This document shows, piece after piece, positions 45,168 to 54,663 of a DNA stretch of 64,000 nucleotides. This DNA is from Fidelibacterota bacterium. Its GTDB lineage: Bacteria > Fidelibacterota > Marinisomatia > Marinisomatales > Marinisomataceae. Position 1 is the first letter of the stretch. Every line of letters begins with the position of its first letter. Made by a program: the position numbers and the translations under genes. The stretch covers positions 196,566-260,565 of the forward strand of contig JBJKZL010000004.1 of assembly GCA_045560295.1 (NCBI GenBank). The letters are read 5' to 3'. The notes beneath the pieces are model-generated. The model was not told the origin of the DNA. It ran no database searches and was given only the letters and a program-made list of their open reading frames with translations.

Positions 45168-47633
45168 ATGTTTAAAAAAACCGTTATAACAATTTTTTTA
45201 TTATCTTTTACAATTGCTCAAAATGCAGTTGAACTTGAAGAAAACAAACATTTCAATTCATATCAAATTAACTTAGATCGCTTTAAGCAATTAAATGAAG
45301 ATATAACTACACCAAACACTTATCGAACGGCTGCTGGATATCCAGGTCATGAATATTGGCAAGTGAGAGCTGACTATGATATGAAGCTTCGAATTGATGA
45401 CAACAAGCAAAGACTTTACGGTGAAGAAACCGTAACTTTTTATAATAATTCACCTGATGCACTAAACTATCTATGGATGGAGTTAACACAAAATGTTAGA
45501 GCATTAGACTCAGACTCCTACAAAATACAGTCTAGTGGCGATTTATCTGCACAGCGCGGTAATGAGAAAATGGTTATAGGCAGTTCAGTATCATCTAGAA
45601 CGTTGGAAAACTTTTATAGAGATTTTGATGGCGGTTTCAAAATTCAATATGTTAAAGACAAAAAAAATAAAAATGTTCCATATACCATTAATAAAACAAT
45701 GATGCGTATCGATGTTCCAGAGCCAATTCAAGCTGGAGAAACCTATACATTTACAATTAAGTGGTGGTACAATATTAATGACCATATTAGAGACGGCGGA
45801 AGATCTGGATACGAACACTTTGAAGAAGACGATAACTATATTTATACTATTGCGCAATTCTTTCCAAGAATGTGTATGTATAACGATGTGTACGGCTGGC
45901 AAAATAAGCAATTCTTAGGCCGAGGAGAATTCACACTAATTTTTGGAGATTACGATGTAAAAATTACAGTTCCAGAAGACTTTGTTGTTGGAGCAACTGG
46001 ATCCCTACAGAATCCTGAAGAAGTACTTTCTGAGGAGCAGGTAAAAAGGCTTAAAAAAGCAGAAAAATCAAAAGAGCCAGTGTTGATCGTAACTGTAGAT
46101 GAAGCCTTAGAAAATCTAGAAACAAAAACAATGAGACAAAAAACATGGCATTTTAAAGCAGACAATGTAAGAGATTATGCGTTCGCAGCTTCGAGAAGAT
46201 ATATTTGGGATGCAATGGGCGTTAAAGTAGGCGATAAGACCGTAATGGCTATGTCTTATTATCCAAATGAAGCAAATCCTCTATGGGGCCAGTATTCAAC
46301 AAAAGCTGTAGCACACACAGTTGACTTTTATTCCAAATACACATTTGATTATCCATACCCTGTTGCTATTTCAGCACATATAGATCGTATGGGAATGGAA
46401 TATCCAATGGTTACATTTAATGGATATCGTCCAGAAGAAGATGGTACATATTCTGAAAGAACTAAAAGAGGATTAATCGGAGTTATTATACATGAAGTAG
46501 GACACTTTTGGTTCCCCATGATTGTTAATTCAGATGAAAGACAATGGACTTGGATGGATGAAGGATTAAACTCATTCATGGATGATCTAGCTGGTAGAGC
46601 TTGGGATTCTGAACTGTTTCACCCAAGAAATAATCAAGACTATATTGTTCGATATATGCGAGGAGATAAGTCAAATATTATGCCAATTATGACAAACTCT
46701 GAGTCAATCTATCAATTTGGTGCAAATGCATATGGGAAACCTACCGTTGCGCTAAATATCCTAAGAGATACTATTATGGGAAGAGAATTATTTGATTTTG
46801 CATTTAAAGAATATTCTAGAACATGGATGTTTAAACACCCAACACCATCTGATTTTTTTAGAATAATGGAAAATGCATCTGGAGTTGATTTAGATTGGTT
46901 TTGGAGGGGATGGTTTTTCACCAATGACCATGTAGATTTATCTATTGAAGAAGTCGAGTGGTTCCAATTAGAGCTTGATCCTAAACAGAAAAGAGCAGCT
47001 GAAAAGAAAGACAAAGAAGGTAAAAAATACTATGCTGCTATGCTAGATGAGAAAGATATTAAACAAACAGTTACAGATAAAGACCCAAAAACTAGAGACT
47101 TCTATGATTCATATGATGAGTTTGCTGACATTACAGACGATAGTGATCGTAGAAGATATGAAACAATGCTCAACGATGCTGACCTTTCAGATGAAATGAA
47201 AGCAAAAATGATGGAAAAAATGAGCGGGAAGAGCAAATATGAAAAGTTGATGGATGAGTTATCTGACAATGAAAGAAAGCTAGCTAAGCGCGAAGACCAT
47301 TTTTATAAAATTAAATTCAAAAATATTGGTGGATTAGTAATGCCATTGATTATTGAAATGACTTTTGAAGATGGCTCCACAGATGTTGTAAGAATTCCAG
47401 TTGAAATTTGGAGATTTAATAGGCCAGAGGTATCAAAAGTATTTAAGACTGAAAAGAAAGTAGTAAGCTTTATGCTAGATCCATTTAGAGAAACTGCAGA
47501 TACTTTTAGAGATAATAATCATTGGCCACCGAAAAATGAACCAACATTATTTGATATGTATAAGTATGATAGTTCTTCTTGGTATGGCGGATCAAATCCA
47601 ATGCAAAGAGCAAAGCAGCAAGAAGGCAAGTAG
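45168..47633 (+). CDS. Secreted M1-family zinc metallopeptidase
   Basis: HEVGHFWF...WMDEG (HExxH-x18-E). I prefer the ATG at 45168, preceded by AGGAGA, giving signal peptide MFKKTVITIFLLSFTIA|QNA. The ORF-track start at 44976 would overlap the EthD gene. Confidence 0.85.
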   Translation: MFKKTVITIFLLSFTIAQNAVELEENKHFNSYQINLDRFKQLNEDITTPNTYRTAAGYPGHEYWQVRADYDMKLRIDDNKQRLYGEETVTFYNNSPDALNYLWMELTQNVRALDSDSYKIQSSGDLSAQRGNEKMVIGSSVSSRTLENFYRDFDGGFKIQYVKDKKNKNVPYTINKTMMRIDVPEPIQAGETYTFTIKWWYNINDHIRDGGRSGYEHFEEDDNYIYTIAQFFPRMCMYNDVYGWQNKQFLGRGEFTLIFGDYDVKITVPEDFVVGATGSLQNPEEVLSEEQVKRLKKAEKSKEPVLIVTVDEALENLETKTMRQKTWHFKADNVRDYAFAASRRYIWDAMGVKVGDKTVMAMSYYPNEANPLWGQYSTKAVAHTVDFYSKYTFDYPYPVAISAHIDRMGMEYPMVTFNGYRPEEDGTYSERTKRGLIGVIIHEVGHFWFPMIVNSDERQWTWMDEGLNSFMDDLAGRAWDSELFHPRNNQDYIVRYMRGDKSNIMPIMTNSESIYQFGANAYGKPTVALNILRDTIMGRELFDFAFKEYSRTWMFKHPTPSDFFRIMENASGVDLDWFWRGWFFTNDHVDLSIEEVEWFQLELDPKQKRAAEKKDKEGKKYYAAMLDEKDIKQTVTDKDPKTRDFYDSYDEFADITDDSDRRRYETMLNDADLSDEMKAKMMEKMSGKSKYEKLMDELSDNERKLAKREDHFYKIKFKNIGGLVMPLIIEMTFEDGSTDVVRIPVEIWRFNRPEVSKVFKTEKKVVSFMLDPFRETADTFRDNNHWPPKNEPTLFDMYKYDSSSWYGGSNPMQRAKQQEGK

Positions 47634-47652
47634 TATAACTACAACTTGAAAG

Positions 47653-48129
47653 ATGTATAAATTATTTGTTCAAATAATTTTACTAAACACAATAGTGTTT
47701 AGTCATCAATTCTTTTTGACAACTACTGAAGTGCGCTTGAGTGACAATCAAAAGAATTTAGAAGTGACCATCCAGACATTTTCTCATGATGTCGAAGCTT
47801 TATTAAAAGCTGCTGATTTTAATTTAGCAAATCTTGGTTCAGACAGAGAAGATAATGCTATTGACGATTTTTTAATTGACTATCTTTCCGAAAATTTTAT
47901 CATTCAAGATCATTTTTGGAAATACATTGGTAAAAAAGTAGATGGAGATTTTACCTTATTTTTTCTAGAGATTGAAAAATTTAAATCCCCTTCTAATGTT
48001 GCTGTATTTAATACAATTTTTATGGATATGTATGAGAAGCAGCAAAATATTATGAATGTATACGGCCAAAAAAATGTTCAATCAGCTACTATGACAATTG
48101 ATGAGCCAGCATTTAAATTTGAGCTGTAA
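47653..48129 (+). CDS. Hypothetical secreted protein (DUF6702-like)
   Basis: HQFFLTTTEVRLSDNQKNLEVTIQTFSHDVE matches the family that commonly follows M1 peptidases in Bacteroidota (from memory). Confidence 0.45.
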   Translation: MYKLFVQIILLNTIVFSHQFFLTTTEVRLSDNQKNLEVTIQTFSHDVEALLKAADFNLANLGSDREDNAIDDFLIDYLSENFIIQDHFWKYIGKKVDGDFTLFFLEIEKFKSPSNVAVFNTIFMDMYEKQQNIMNVYGQKNVQSATMTIDEPAFKFEL

Positions 48130-48961
48130 TAGTTTTCTTATTTCCAATGTACCATATATATATTCCACCTGCCATCATTGCAATACATAGTAGTTGCCCC
48201 ATACTTAAAGTGGATAATACAAAACCTAAGTGAGCATCTGGTTCACGGAAAAACTCAATAAAGAATCTGAAAAATCCATAACCAAAAACATATAAGCCAC
48301 TATTAAAGCCTAATTGATTATGTCTATTGCAAAAATTAATAATGAAAAATAATACAATGCCTTCAAAAAATGCTTCATATAACTGAGAAGGATGTCTGAG
48401 TTGATAATCTCCAGCATTTGTAAAATACATTCCAATTGCAGACTCTGTAGTGCGACCATACAGTTCACCATTAATAAAGTTTCCTATTCTTCCAAAAAAA
48501 TAACCTAACGGTATGGCTGCTGTTAAAAAGTCTGCTAAAGTAAACAAATGTAAATTTACTTTTTTACCATAAAGCCATATAGCATATATAACTCCAATTA
48601 GCCCTCCATGATATGACATTCCAGCAATACCAGTAAATTTCCATACTCCATTTTGAAAAGAGAATGGTAATAAGATTTCTAATGGATTAGATAGATAATA
48701 ATCTAGATTATAAAATAGAACGTACCCTAGACGTCCACCAATAAGCAATCCAATCAATATGTATGATAAGAGATCCTCTAATTGTAATACAGTAATTTTA
48801 GTAAAAGTCTTATCCTTAATTTTTCTACTACATAGTAAATAGACTACACCAAATGCAACAAGGTACATTGTAGAATACCAATATATTGATAGTGGCCCGA
48901 TAGTAATTAAAGTAGGGTCCATTTTTGAAGGTAATGTTTGCCACCATAGTATAAAATCCAT
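48113..48961 (-). CDS. lgt: Prolipoprotein diacylglyceryl transferase
   Basis: GRIGNFINGELYGR, HPSQLYEA. Confidence 0.9.
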   Translation of the reverse strand: MDFILWWQTLPSKMDPTLITIGPLSIYWYSTMYLVAFGVVYLLCSRKIKDKTFTKITVLQLEDLLSYILIGLLIGGRLGYVLFYNLDYYLSNPLEILLPFSFQNGVWKFTGIAGMSYHGGLIGVIYAIWLYGKKVNLHLFTLADFLTAAIPLGYFFGRIGNFINGELYGRTTESAIGMYFTNAGDYQLRHPSQLYEAFFEGIVLFFIINFCNRHNQLGFNSGLYVFGYGFFRFFIEFFREPDAHLGFVLSTLSMGQLLCIAMMAGGIYIWYIGNKKTITAQI

Positions 48962-49023
48962 ACCATAAGATACAAAAATTACTTTGTAACCTAAAAAAAA
49001 ATATATAACCTAGAGCCAGTATT

Positions 49024-49548
49024 ATGATTTTATCAGGAAAAGAAATTATTCAAAGAAAAGATAAAGATATCTTAATTGATCCTTTCAACGAAAATCAAGT
49101 TAATCCAAATAGCTATAATTTAAGATTACACAATGAACTTTTAGTGTATGATAAGCCTGTCTTGGATATGAAAGAAGATAATCCTGCAACAAAGATTGTT
49201 ATTCCAGAAGAAGGTTTAGTCTTAGAAAGTAAAAAATTATATCTCGGAAGAACTATGGAGTATACAGAAACTCAGAATCTTGTGCCCATGCTTGAAGGAA
49301 GATCTTCGGTAGGAAGACTAGGATTGTTTGTACATATTACTGCTGGCTTTGGAGATGTTGGATTCAAGGGATATTGGACATTAGAAATTTTTTGTGTACA
49401 ACCAATAAAGATTTATCCTTCTATAGAAATATGTCAAATTTTTTATCATTCAGTAGAAGGCGATTATACCCCATATGAAAGCGGTAAGTATCAAGATAAT
49501 AAAGATATCCAAACTAGTATGCTCTACAAGGATTTTAACAAGAAGTAA
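49024..49548 (+). CDS. dcd: dCTP deaminase
   Basis: [19 protein letters not shown]. Confidence 0.85.
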   Translation: MILSGKEIIQRKDKDILIDPFNENQVNPNSYNLRLHNELLVYDKPVLDMKEDNPATKIVIPEEGLVLESKKLYLGRTMEYTETQNLVPMLEGRSSVGRLGLFVHITAGFGDVGFKGYWTLEIFCVQPIKIYPSIEICQIFYHSVEGDYTPYESGKYQDNKDIQTSMLYKDFNKK

Positions 49549-49552
49549 TTAT

Positions 49553-49792
49553 ATGCAAAATATTCCCTCCTTATTTTTTGTAACGCTCATTAAGGGGTAT
49601 CAAACTTTTTTATCACCATTATTAGGATCAAATTGTCGGTATCAACCAACTTGTTCACAATATGCTATTGATGTAATTAAGGAATGGGGATCTATGAAGG
49701 GAAGTATGCTAGCATTAAAAAGAATATTAAGATGTCACCCTTGGTCCAAAAGTGGCTATGATCCAGTGCCAAAGAACAAAGCAAAGAAATAA
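49553..49792 (+). CDS. yidD: Membrane protein insertion efficiency factor YidD
   Basis: [31 protein letters not shown]...[15 protein letters not shown] prefer the ATG at 49553. The longer track ORF overlaps dcd. Confidence 0.85.
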   Translation: MQNIPSLFFVTLIKGYQTFLSPLLGSNCRYQPTCSQYAIDVIKEWGSMKGSMLALKRILRCHPWSKSGYDPVPKNKAKK

Positions 49793-49794
49793 AT

Positions 49795-50499
49795 ATGCAT
49801 GAGTTAATTGTATTCTTAGAAACAACATTAAGTAATAATTTTACTTTTTCAGTTATTTTTATACTAGGTATGTTCCATGCGCTAGAGCCTGGACATGGCA
49901 AGACGTTAATTTTAGCTTATATGACAGGTGGATCAATGCGTTTTTCTGGTGCAGCACAATTAATATCCGGACTTATTTTGGTTCATTTTCTTTTATTTTC
50001 TCTATTAGCTTTTTTATTGAAAGCAGGAAATGAATCTTTTCCTATACTAACTACTATTGGACCATCTTTTATTATTTGTTTGGGACTTTATTTATTGTAT
50101 CGCGCTTCAAAAGAAGTGCGTCATCAACACGATGATCATTGCGATGAACCAATGCATTTTCATTTCAATGAATCTAAATTTTCAAGTCCATTCACTACAG
50201 GTATGGTTGCTGGATTAATTCCATGTCCCTCCGCTATAGCAGTTCTCTTAATTGCTTCAACAAAGTTTAGTGATGATAGCATCACTCTTTATTCCAGTAT
50301 TATAGTTTATGTGCTAGGAATCGCATTAACATTGATTGGCATTATGATATTATTTTTATTCTTTAAAGATAAATTTAGTGATTATTTAAATTCGATGAAT
50401 AAACGTTTTAATACAAATTTAATAGCTGCTTCATTAATTGTATTAATTGGAATATTATATTTAGCCTTGGCCTTATTTGGTGGAGGACATCAACACTAG
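49795..50499 (+). CDS. NicO/RcnA-family nickel/cobalt transporter with a His-rich loop
   Basis: HALEPGHGKT and GLIPCPSA signature motifs. The central loop is HQHDDHCDEPMHFH. Confidence 0.65.
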   Translation: MHELIVFLETTLSNNFTFSVIFILGMFHALEPGHGKTLILAYMTGGSMRFSGAAQLISGLILVHFLLFSLLAFLLKAGNESFPILTTIGPSFIICLGLYLLYRASKEVRHQHDDHCDEPMHFHFNESKFSSPFTTGMVAGLIPCPSAIAVLLIASTKFSDDSITLYSSIIVYVLGIALTLIGIMILFLFFKDKFSDYLNSMNKRFNTNLIAASLIVLIGILYLALALFGGGHQH

Positions 50500-51008
50500 T
50501 TGTGTAAGATCTTTACAAACTGATCTTTTGAATACCCAAACTCTTCAAGCTTTACTAATATATCTTCGTATACTAATTCATCCATATTGGTATCTCTATT
50601 CATAATCCAGCCCATTTTATTATCAGGATAACCAACTGCCATATATTTATAATTAGGGTCTATTAAAATAATTTTAAAAGGAAATTTGAGAAATGGAACA
50701 TAAGGCTTTTTCATCTGTATGGTCCAATCAGCATTGCTTTCTTTATTGATTATAGTCCCTTTTTGTTTAATCTGCTTTTTCTTTCCATCTTTGATTGCAT
50801 CATATGTAATAGCAATTGTTCCATCAGGATTAAGCTCATAGATGTCGGATGCATTTGTTGCTCCATTTTCTATCATATTGGGTACAATAGCTGTAACAAA
50901 CCATTTTCCCATAAAACGTTCTATATCTACATAATCTACAGTTTTCATTTCATTGTCCTGTGCATATAGGCCACTTATCCAAAGTAGCATTATTAATAAA
51001 TTTTTCAT
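50496..51008 (-). CDS. Bacterial lipocalin (Blc-like)
   Basis: Signal peptide ...ISGLYA|QDN and FMGKWFVTAIVPN (lipocalin GxW motif). Confidence 0.7.
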   Translation of the reverse strand: MKNLLIMLLWISGLYAQDNEMKTVDYVDIERFMGKWFVTAIVPNMIENGATNASDIYELNPDGTIAITYDAIKDGKKKQIKQKGTIINKESNADWTIQMKKPYVPFLKFPFKIILIDPNYKYMAVGYPDNKMGWIMNRDTNMDELVYEDILVKLEEFGYSKDQFVKILHN

Positions 51009-51356
51009 TTAAACGACGTATCCTATTTTTTTATATAATGTTGCTAACCCAAAATATAATACAATCATAACTCCTATGGAAAGTATAAGGCTAATACTGA
51101 ATGATATATTTTTCTTTAAGAAATATGGCAGTGTAAGAAAAAAAGATAATGAAGGAATTATCATAGAAAATACACTGTAAGAAAAAGAAATAATTCTTTC
51201 TATATCTTTAGTTTCAATATAAAGCCATATAATTGACAGCAAGGAAATCATAGGAAGTGAAACAATGATTGCACCTACTAAGGTATCTCTTTTTGCAATT
51301 TCAGATGCTATAAAGATTATAAGGGCAGATACAATTATTTTTGTTACATTAAACAT
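51009..51356 (-). CDS. Small membrane protein (DUF3147-like)
   Basis: I prefer the internal ATG at 51356 (MFNVTKIIVSALIIF...), giving 115 aa with four TM helices. The 185-aa track version overlaps zupT. Confidence 0.5.
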   Translation of the reverse strand: MFNVTKIIVSALIIFIASEIAKRDTLVGAIIVSLPMISLLSIIWLYIETKDIERIISFSYSVFSMIIPSLSFFLTLPYFLKKNISFSISLILSIGVMIVLYFGLATLYKKIGYVV

Positions 51357-51406
51357 AATTTTATAAAATTTTTTTAAATAATTTAAAGAAAAAAAGTAAG
51401 GAAAAC

Positions 51407-52201
51407 ATGGACTTAACAAATGTTTATATTGGATTCGCATTAGCAACTCTTGCTGGGCTGAGTACCGGGATTGGAAGTGTACTTGGATTATATTCAAAAT
51501 TTGAAAATAAAAGATTATTGTCATTGGCATTAGGATTGTCAGCAGGGGTAATGATTTATGTATCATTTATGGAGTTACTGATACTTTCCTTTGATTCTCT
51601 TGGGGGTCTTTATGGAGACACATATGGAAAATTAATTGGAGTAACAGCATTTGTTGGTGGATTACTAATAATGTTATTTATCGATCAATTATTTGATCAC
51701 CACTCAATTGCTGATTTTATATCACGATCTTCAAACAAAGATGAATCATTATTAATTCGTACAGGAATATTTTCCGCAATTGCTTTAGCAATTCATAATT
51801 TTCCTGAGGGATTTGCTACATTTACGGCTGCAGTTTATGACCCAACAGTAGGAGCAACTCTTGCTACTGCTATTGCAATTCATAATATTCCAGAAGGATT
51901 AGCAGTTTCAGTCCCTATTTATCATGCTACAAAAAATAAGTCTAAAGCATTTTGGATATCATTTGCATCAGGACTGGCAGAACCATTAGGTGCTGTATTA
52001 GGATTTTTAATTTTCCGTACAGTTTATAACGAAGCATTGTTTGGTGTATCATTTGCTTTGTGTGCAGGAATTATGGTTTATGTTGCTCTAAATGAATTAT
52101 TACCTGTATCAAAAGAGTATGGAGAGCCTTCTGATCCTATTGTCGGAGTAACAGCTGGTATGATTATCATGGCAATGAGCCTAATATTGATGAATATCTA
52201 G
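51407..52201 (+). CDS. zupT: ZIP-family zinc transporter ZupT
   Basis: LATLAGLSTGIGS, HNFPEGFA, HNIPEGLAV. Confidence 0.85.
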   Translation: MDLTNVYIGFALATLAGLSTGIGSVLGLYSKFENKRLLSLALGLSAGVMIYVSFMELLILSFDSLGGLYGDTYGKLIGVTAFVGGLLIMLFIDQLFDHHSIADFISRSSNKDESLLIRTGIFSAIALAIHNFPEGFATFTAAVYDPTVGATLATAIAIHNIPEGLAVSVPIYHATKNKSKAFWISFASGLAEPLGAVLGFLIFRTVYNEALFGVSFALCAGIMVYVALNELLPVSKEYGEPSDPIVGVTAGMIIMAMSLILMNI

Positions 52202-52223
52202 GTAAGTATTTTTAGATATGTGC

Positions 52224-52820
52224 TCATAAAAGACTGGTGATTTCTTTAGAAAGTGGCTTAACTCGAGAATCAAAGAACGCTACTAACTCCCCATTTTCGT
52301 CTATCAAGTACTTACAGAAATTCCATGTAGGTTTTTGATCATTCCATCCATTAAGACTAGAATCACTAAGCCAAGTATAGACTGAGCTTTGTTTCTTACC
52401 TTTAGTAGTAATTTTTTTAAACATTTGAAACGTTACACCAAATACAGTCTCACAAAATTCGGCTATAGATTCGTTACTACCAGATTCCTGAAATAAAAAG
52501 TCATTAGCAGGAAATCCTAAGACAGCTACTTTATCTCCATAGAGATCATTTAATTTTTGCATGCCCTCATATTGATAAGTATAGCCACATTTAGTAGCAA
52601 CATTGACAATTAGAACTTTCTTTCCTTTAAACTGTTCAAAGGAAATTTCTTCGTTATCAATTGACATAGCCTTTAGGTCATAGAAATTTGCTTTAGATGG
52701 AGATTTGTCGAGGGTGTTTGTTGCTATTTTTTTGTATGAAAATCCACTCAATAGGAGCATCACTGTGAATCCTATTAGCGTTACTATTACATATTGGTAT
52801 GGTAGAAATATTTTTATCAT
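52224..52820 (-). CDS. Glutathione peroxidase (Cys type) with N-terminal membrane anchor
   Basis: NVATKCGYT (peroxidatic Cys, not Sec), FPANDF, WNF.KYL. Confidence 0.85.
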   Translation of the reverse strand: MIKIFLPYQYVIVTLIGFTVMLLLSGFSYKKIATNTLDKSPSKANFYDLKAMSIDNEEISFEQFKGKKVLIVNVATKCGYTYQYEGMQKLNDLYGDKVAVLGFPANDFLFQESGSNESIAEFCETVFGVTFQMFKKITTKGKKQSSVYTWLSDSSLNGWNDQKPTWNFCKYLIDENGELVAFFDSRVKPLSKEITSLL

Positions 52821-52850
52821 AATTATCCTTAAAAGTTAAGATATTCTACT

Positions 52851-53000
52851 ATGTATTTCATAAAAAAAGAAGAACTATCTGAAACAGCGAAATGGATAGC
52901 AGATAATTTTGAAGATATATTTATTTGGTTTTGTATTCTTTGTCTTTTTTTATCTTTTTTATTCATAGCTAAGTTATATTTCAACCGATATCGCACATGA
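52851..53000 (+). CDS. Candidate 49-aa single-pass membrane peptide
   Basis: Below the ORF-track size cutoff. ATG 52851, sequence MYFIKKEELSETAKWIADNFEDIFIWFCILCLFLSFLFIAKLYFNRYRT. Its TGA overlaps the next gene's ATG (ATGA at 52997..53000). Confidence 0.35.
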   Translation: MYFIKKEELSETAKWIADNFEDIFIWFCILCLFLSFLFIAKLYFNRYRT

Positions 53001-53818
53001 AATTTTTATTAACACTTATAATTATATTTAACCTTTTTTCTTGTCAAGAAAAAATAGCTCCTGCTGAAAAGGAGAAAGTAACACAAGAGGTTTCTTCAAG
53101 TGAAAAACCATCTAAAAAACAATTTACTCCTGTATCAAATGGAATTGTCTTCAAAGATGCTCAGGGAAATATCTTATCTGAATCACAAAAAGATAGTCTT
53201 GTTGAAAGTGTAAATTTGCAAGTACTTAGACGTTTTGACAATGAACGAAAAAATACAGAATACATATTATTTGAAAAGTATGATGATTTACGTGGATTTG
53301 TTGCAGATGATGTAATCGATAATCTTATTGAAGAAGCTACTTTAATGAAAGCTGGTGGCAGAGGGGCTGTTATAAATAAAAGAGTAGTAGATCAATGGAA
53401 AGATAAACCACTTCCGGAGGGTGCATTAAATATGCTTGACGGGTCAGTGAAATCTTTTAAAGATTTTCAAGGCAATCTTTTGGTCGTCAATTTATGGTAT
53501 ATTAATTGTGGTCCTTGCATAGCTGAAATGCCTTACTTAAATGATCTAGTTGAAAAATATCAAGATGAAGACATCACATTTTTAGCATTAAGCTTCGATA
53601 GCATTCCAGATATTACTAATTTTCTTGAAAGAACTGATTTTACATATATACAGGGTCAAATATCTAGAAACTTTAGCTCTAATTTGAGTCCTGTAGCCCC
53701 AGCACACTTTATCGTAGATAAAGATGGTATTATTCGCGATATCTTAATTGGTGCACCTCGTAATACACAAGAGATATATAATCGTTTAATTTCAGTTATT
53801 GAAAAAAATAAAAAATAA
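52997..53818 (+). CDS. TlpA/ResA-like periplasmic thiol:disulfide oxidoreductase lipoprotein
   Basis: Lipobox LFSCQE and thioredoxin motif WYINCGPCIAEMP. Confidence 0.75.
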   Translation: MKFLLTLIIIFNLFSCQEKIAPAEKEKVTQEVSSSEKPSKKQFTPVSNGIVFKDAQGNILSESQKDSLVESVNLQVLRRFDNERKNTEYILFEKYDDLRGFVADDVIDNLIEEATLMKAGGRGAVINKRVVDQWKDKPLPEGALNMLDGSVKSFKDFQGNLLVVNLWYINCGPCIAEMPYLNDLVEKYQDEDITFLALSFDSIPDITNFLERTDFTYIQGQISRNFSSNLSPVAPAHFIVDKDGIIRDILIGAPRNTQEIYNRLISVIEKNKK

Positions 53819-53854
53819 ATTCTTAATCACTCATTCATGTAGTAATTTTGTGCC

Positions 53855-54649
53855 ATGAAGAAAATTCTTATCATTTTAGTTTTATTATTTCCAACAATTC
53901 TATCCTCACAGACACATTTAGTTAGTCCTGGAAAGACTGCTGGAATAGTATCTTTTGGGTATGATCAAAATGTAGATTTCTTTGGAGAAGGAAAATTTCT
54001 AAGAAATAGCTATGGAAATGGCATTAATATTGGGTATGTATATAACGGAATGTTCGGTATAGATTTTTCTTATGGATATTCCTCATATGATAGAAAAGAT
54101 AATTATATATTTGATTTAACAGGAGAGCAATCTAATCCTGACGGAGATCCTCAGTTCAACTTTTCTGAGGATTTTAGAAGCAATAATCCTGATGTAGGTG
54201 ATAAAGGTTTTTCTTTAGGAATGACTTATTATTTAGATCCAAATTTATTAACTGATATTGTCAATCTTTCTGTAGGATTTAGATATGGAAGTGCAACTTT
54301 TAGTAGTGCTACACTCGATATTTTAGATCAAGACTTCTATGGTAAATCCTATGCTCTTGAATTTGGAGTAAGTAAAGAAATTCCAACTGACGCTCAATTT
54401 GTAATTATTCCAAGACTCAAAATTAATATGATTAATGAAAAAAATATCTATGATTCAGATTTAGAGTTGGATGGTACAGAGTCTTTTAGTGGGTCAACTA
54501 TCTTTACTGAATTAGCTGTACCGTTTATTTTTGAACCTGGAGTTATAACTAATGAAACATCGATATCAGAATTTTTTGTTGAACCAAGTATAGCTAATAA
54601 ATATGGTACTACACACATAGGTCTGAAATTTGGTTTTCTACTTAACTAG
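53855..54649 (+). CDS. Outer-membrane beta-barrel protein (porin-family-like)
   Basis: Signal peptide ...TILSS|QTH, alternating Gly/aromatic beta-strand pattern, and a C-terminal aromatic-rich strand GLKFGFLLN. Confidence 0.5.
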   Translation: MKKILIILVLLFPTILSSQTHLVSPGKTAGIVSFGYDQNVDFFGEGKFLRNSYGNGINIGYVYNGMFGIDFSYGYSSYDRKDNYIFDLTGEQSNPDGDPQFNFSEDFRSNNPDVGDKGFSLGMTYYLDPNLLTDIVNLSVGFRYGSATFSSATLDILDQDFYGKSYALEFGVSKEIPTDAQFVIIPRLKINMINEKNIYDSDLELDGTESFSGSTIFTELAVPFIFEPGVITNETSISEFFVEPSIANKYGTTHIGLKFGFLLN

Positions 54650-54663
54650 TATATAGGTTTATT

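Noticed and set aside
51357-51566. Long version (185 aa) of the minus-strand ORF 51009..51566
   Set aside because: Its first 70 codons overlap the zupT coding region (51407..) and look non-protein-like. The internal ATG at 51356 gives a compact four-helix membrane protein.
52224-52820. Possible selenoprotein form of glutathione peroxidase
   Set aside because: The peroxidatic position is an ordinary Cys codon (…NVATKCGYT…) and there is no in-frame TGA.
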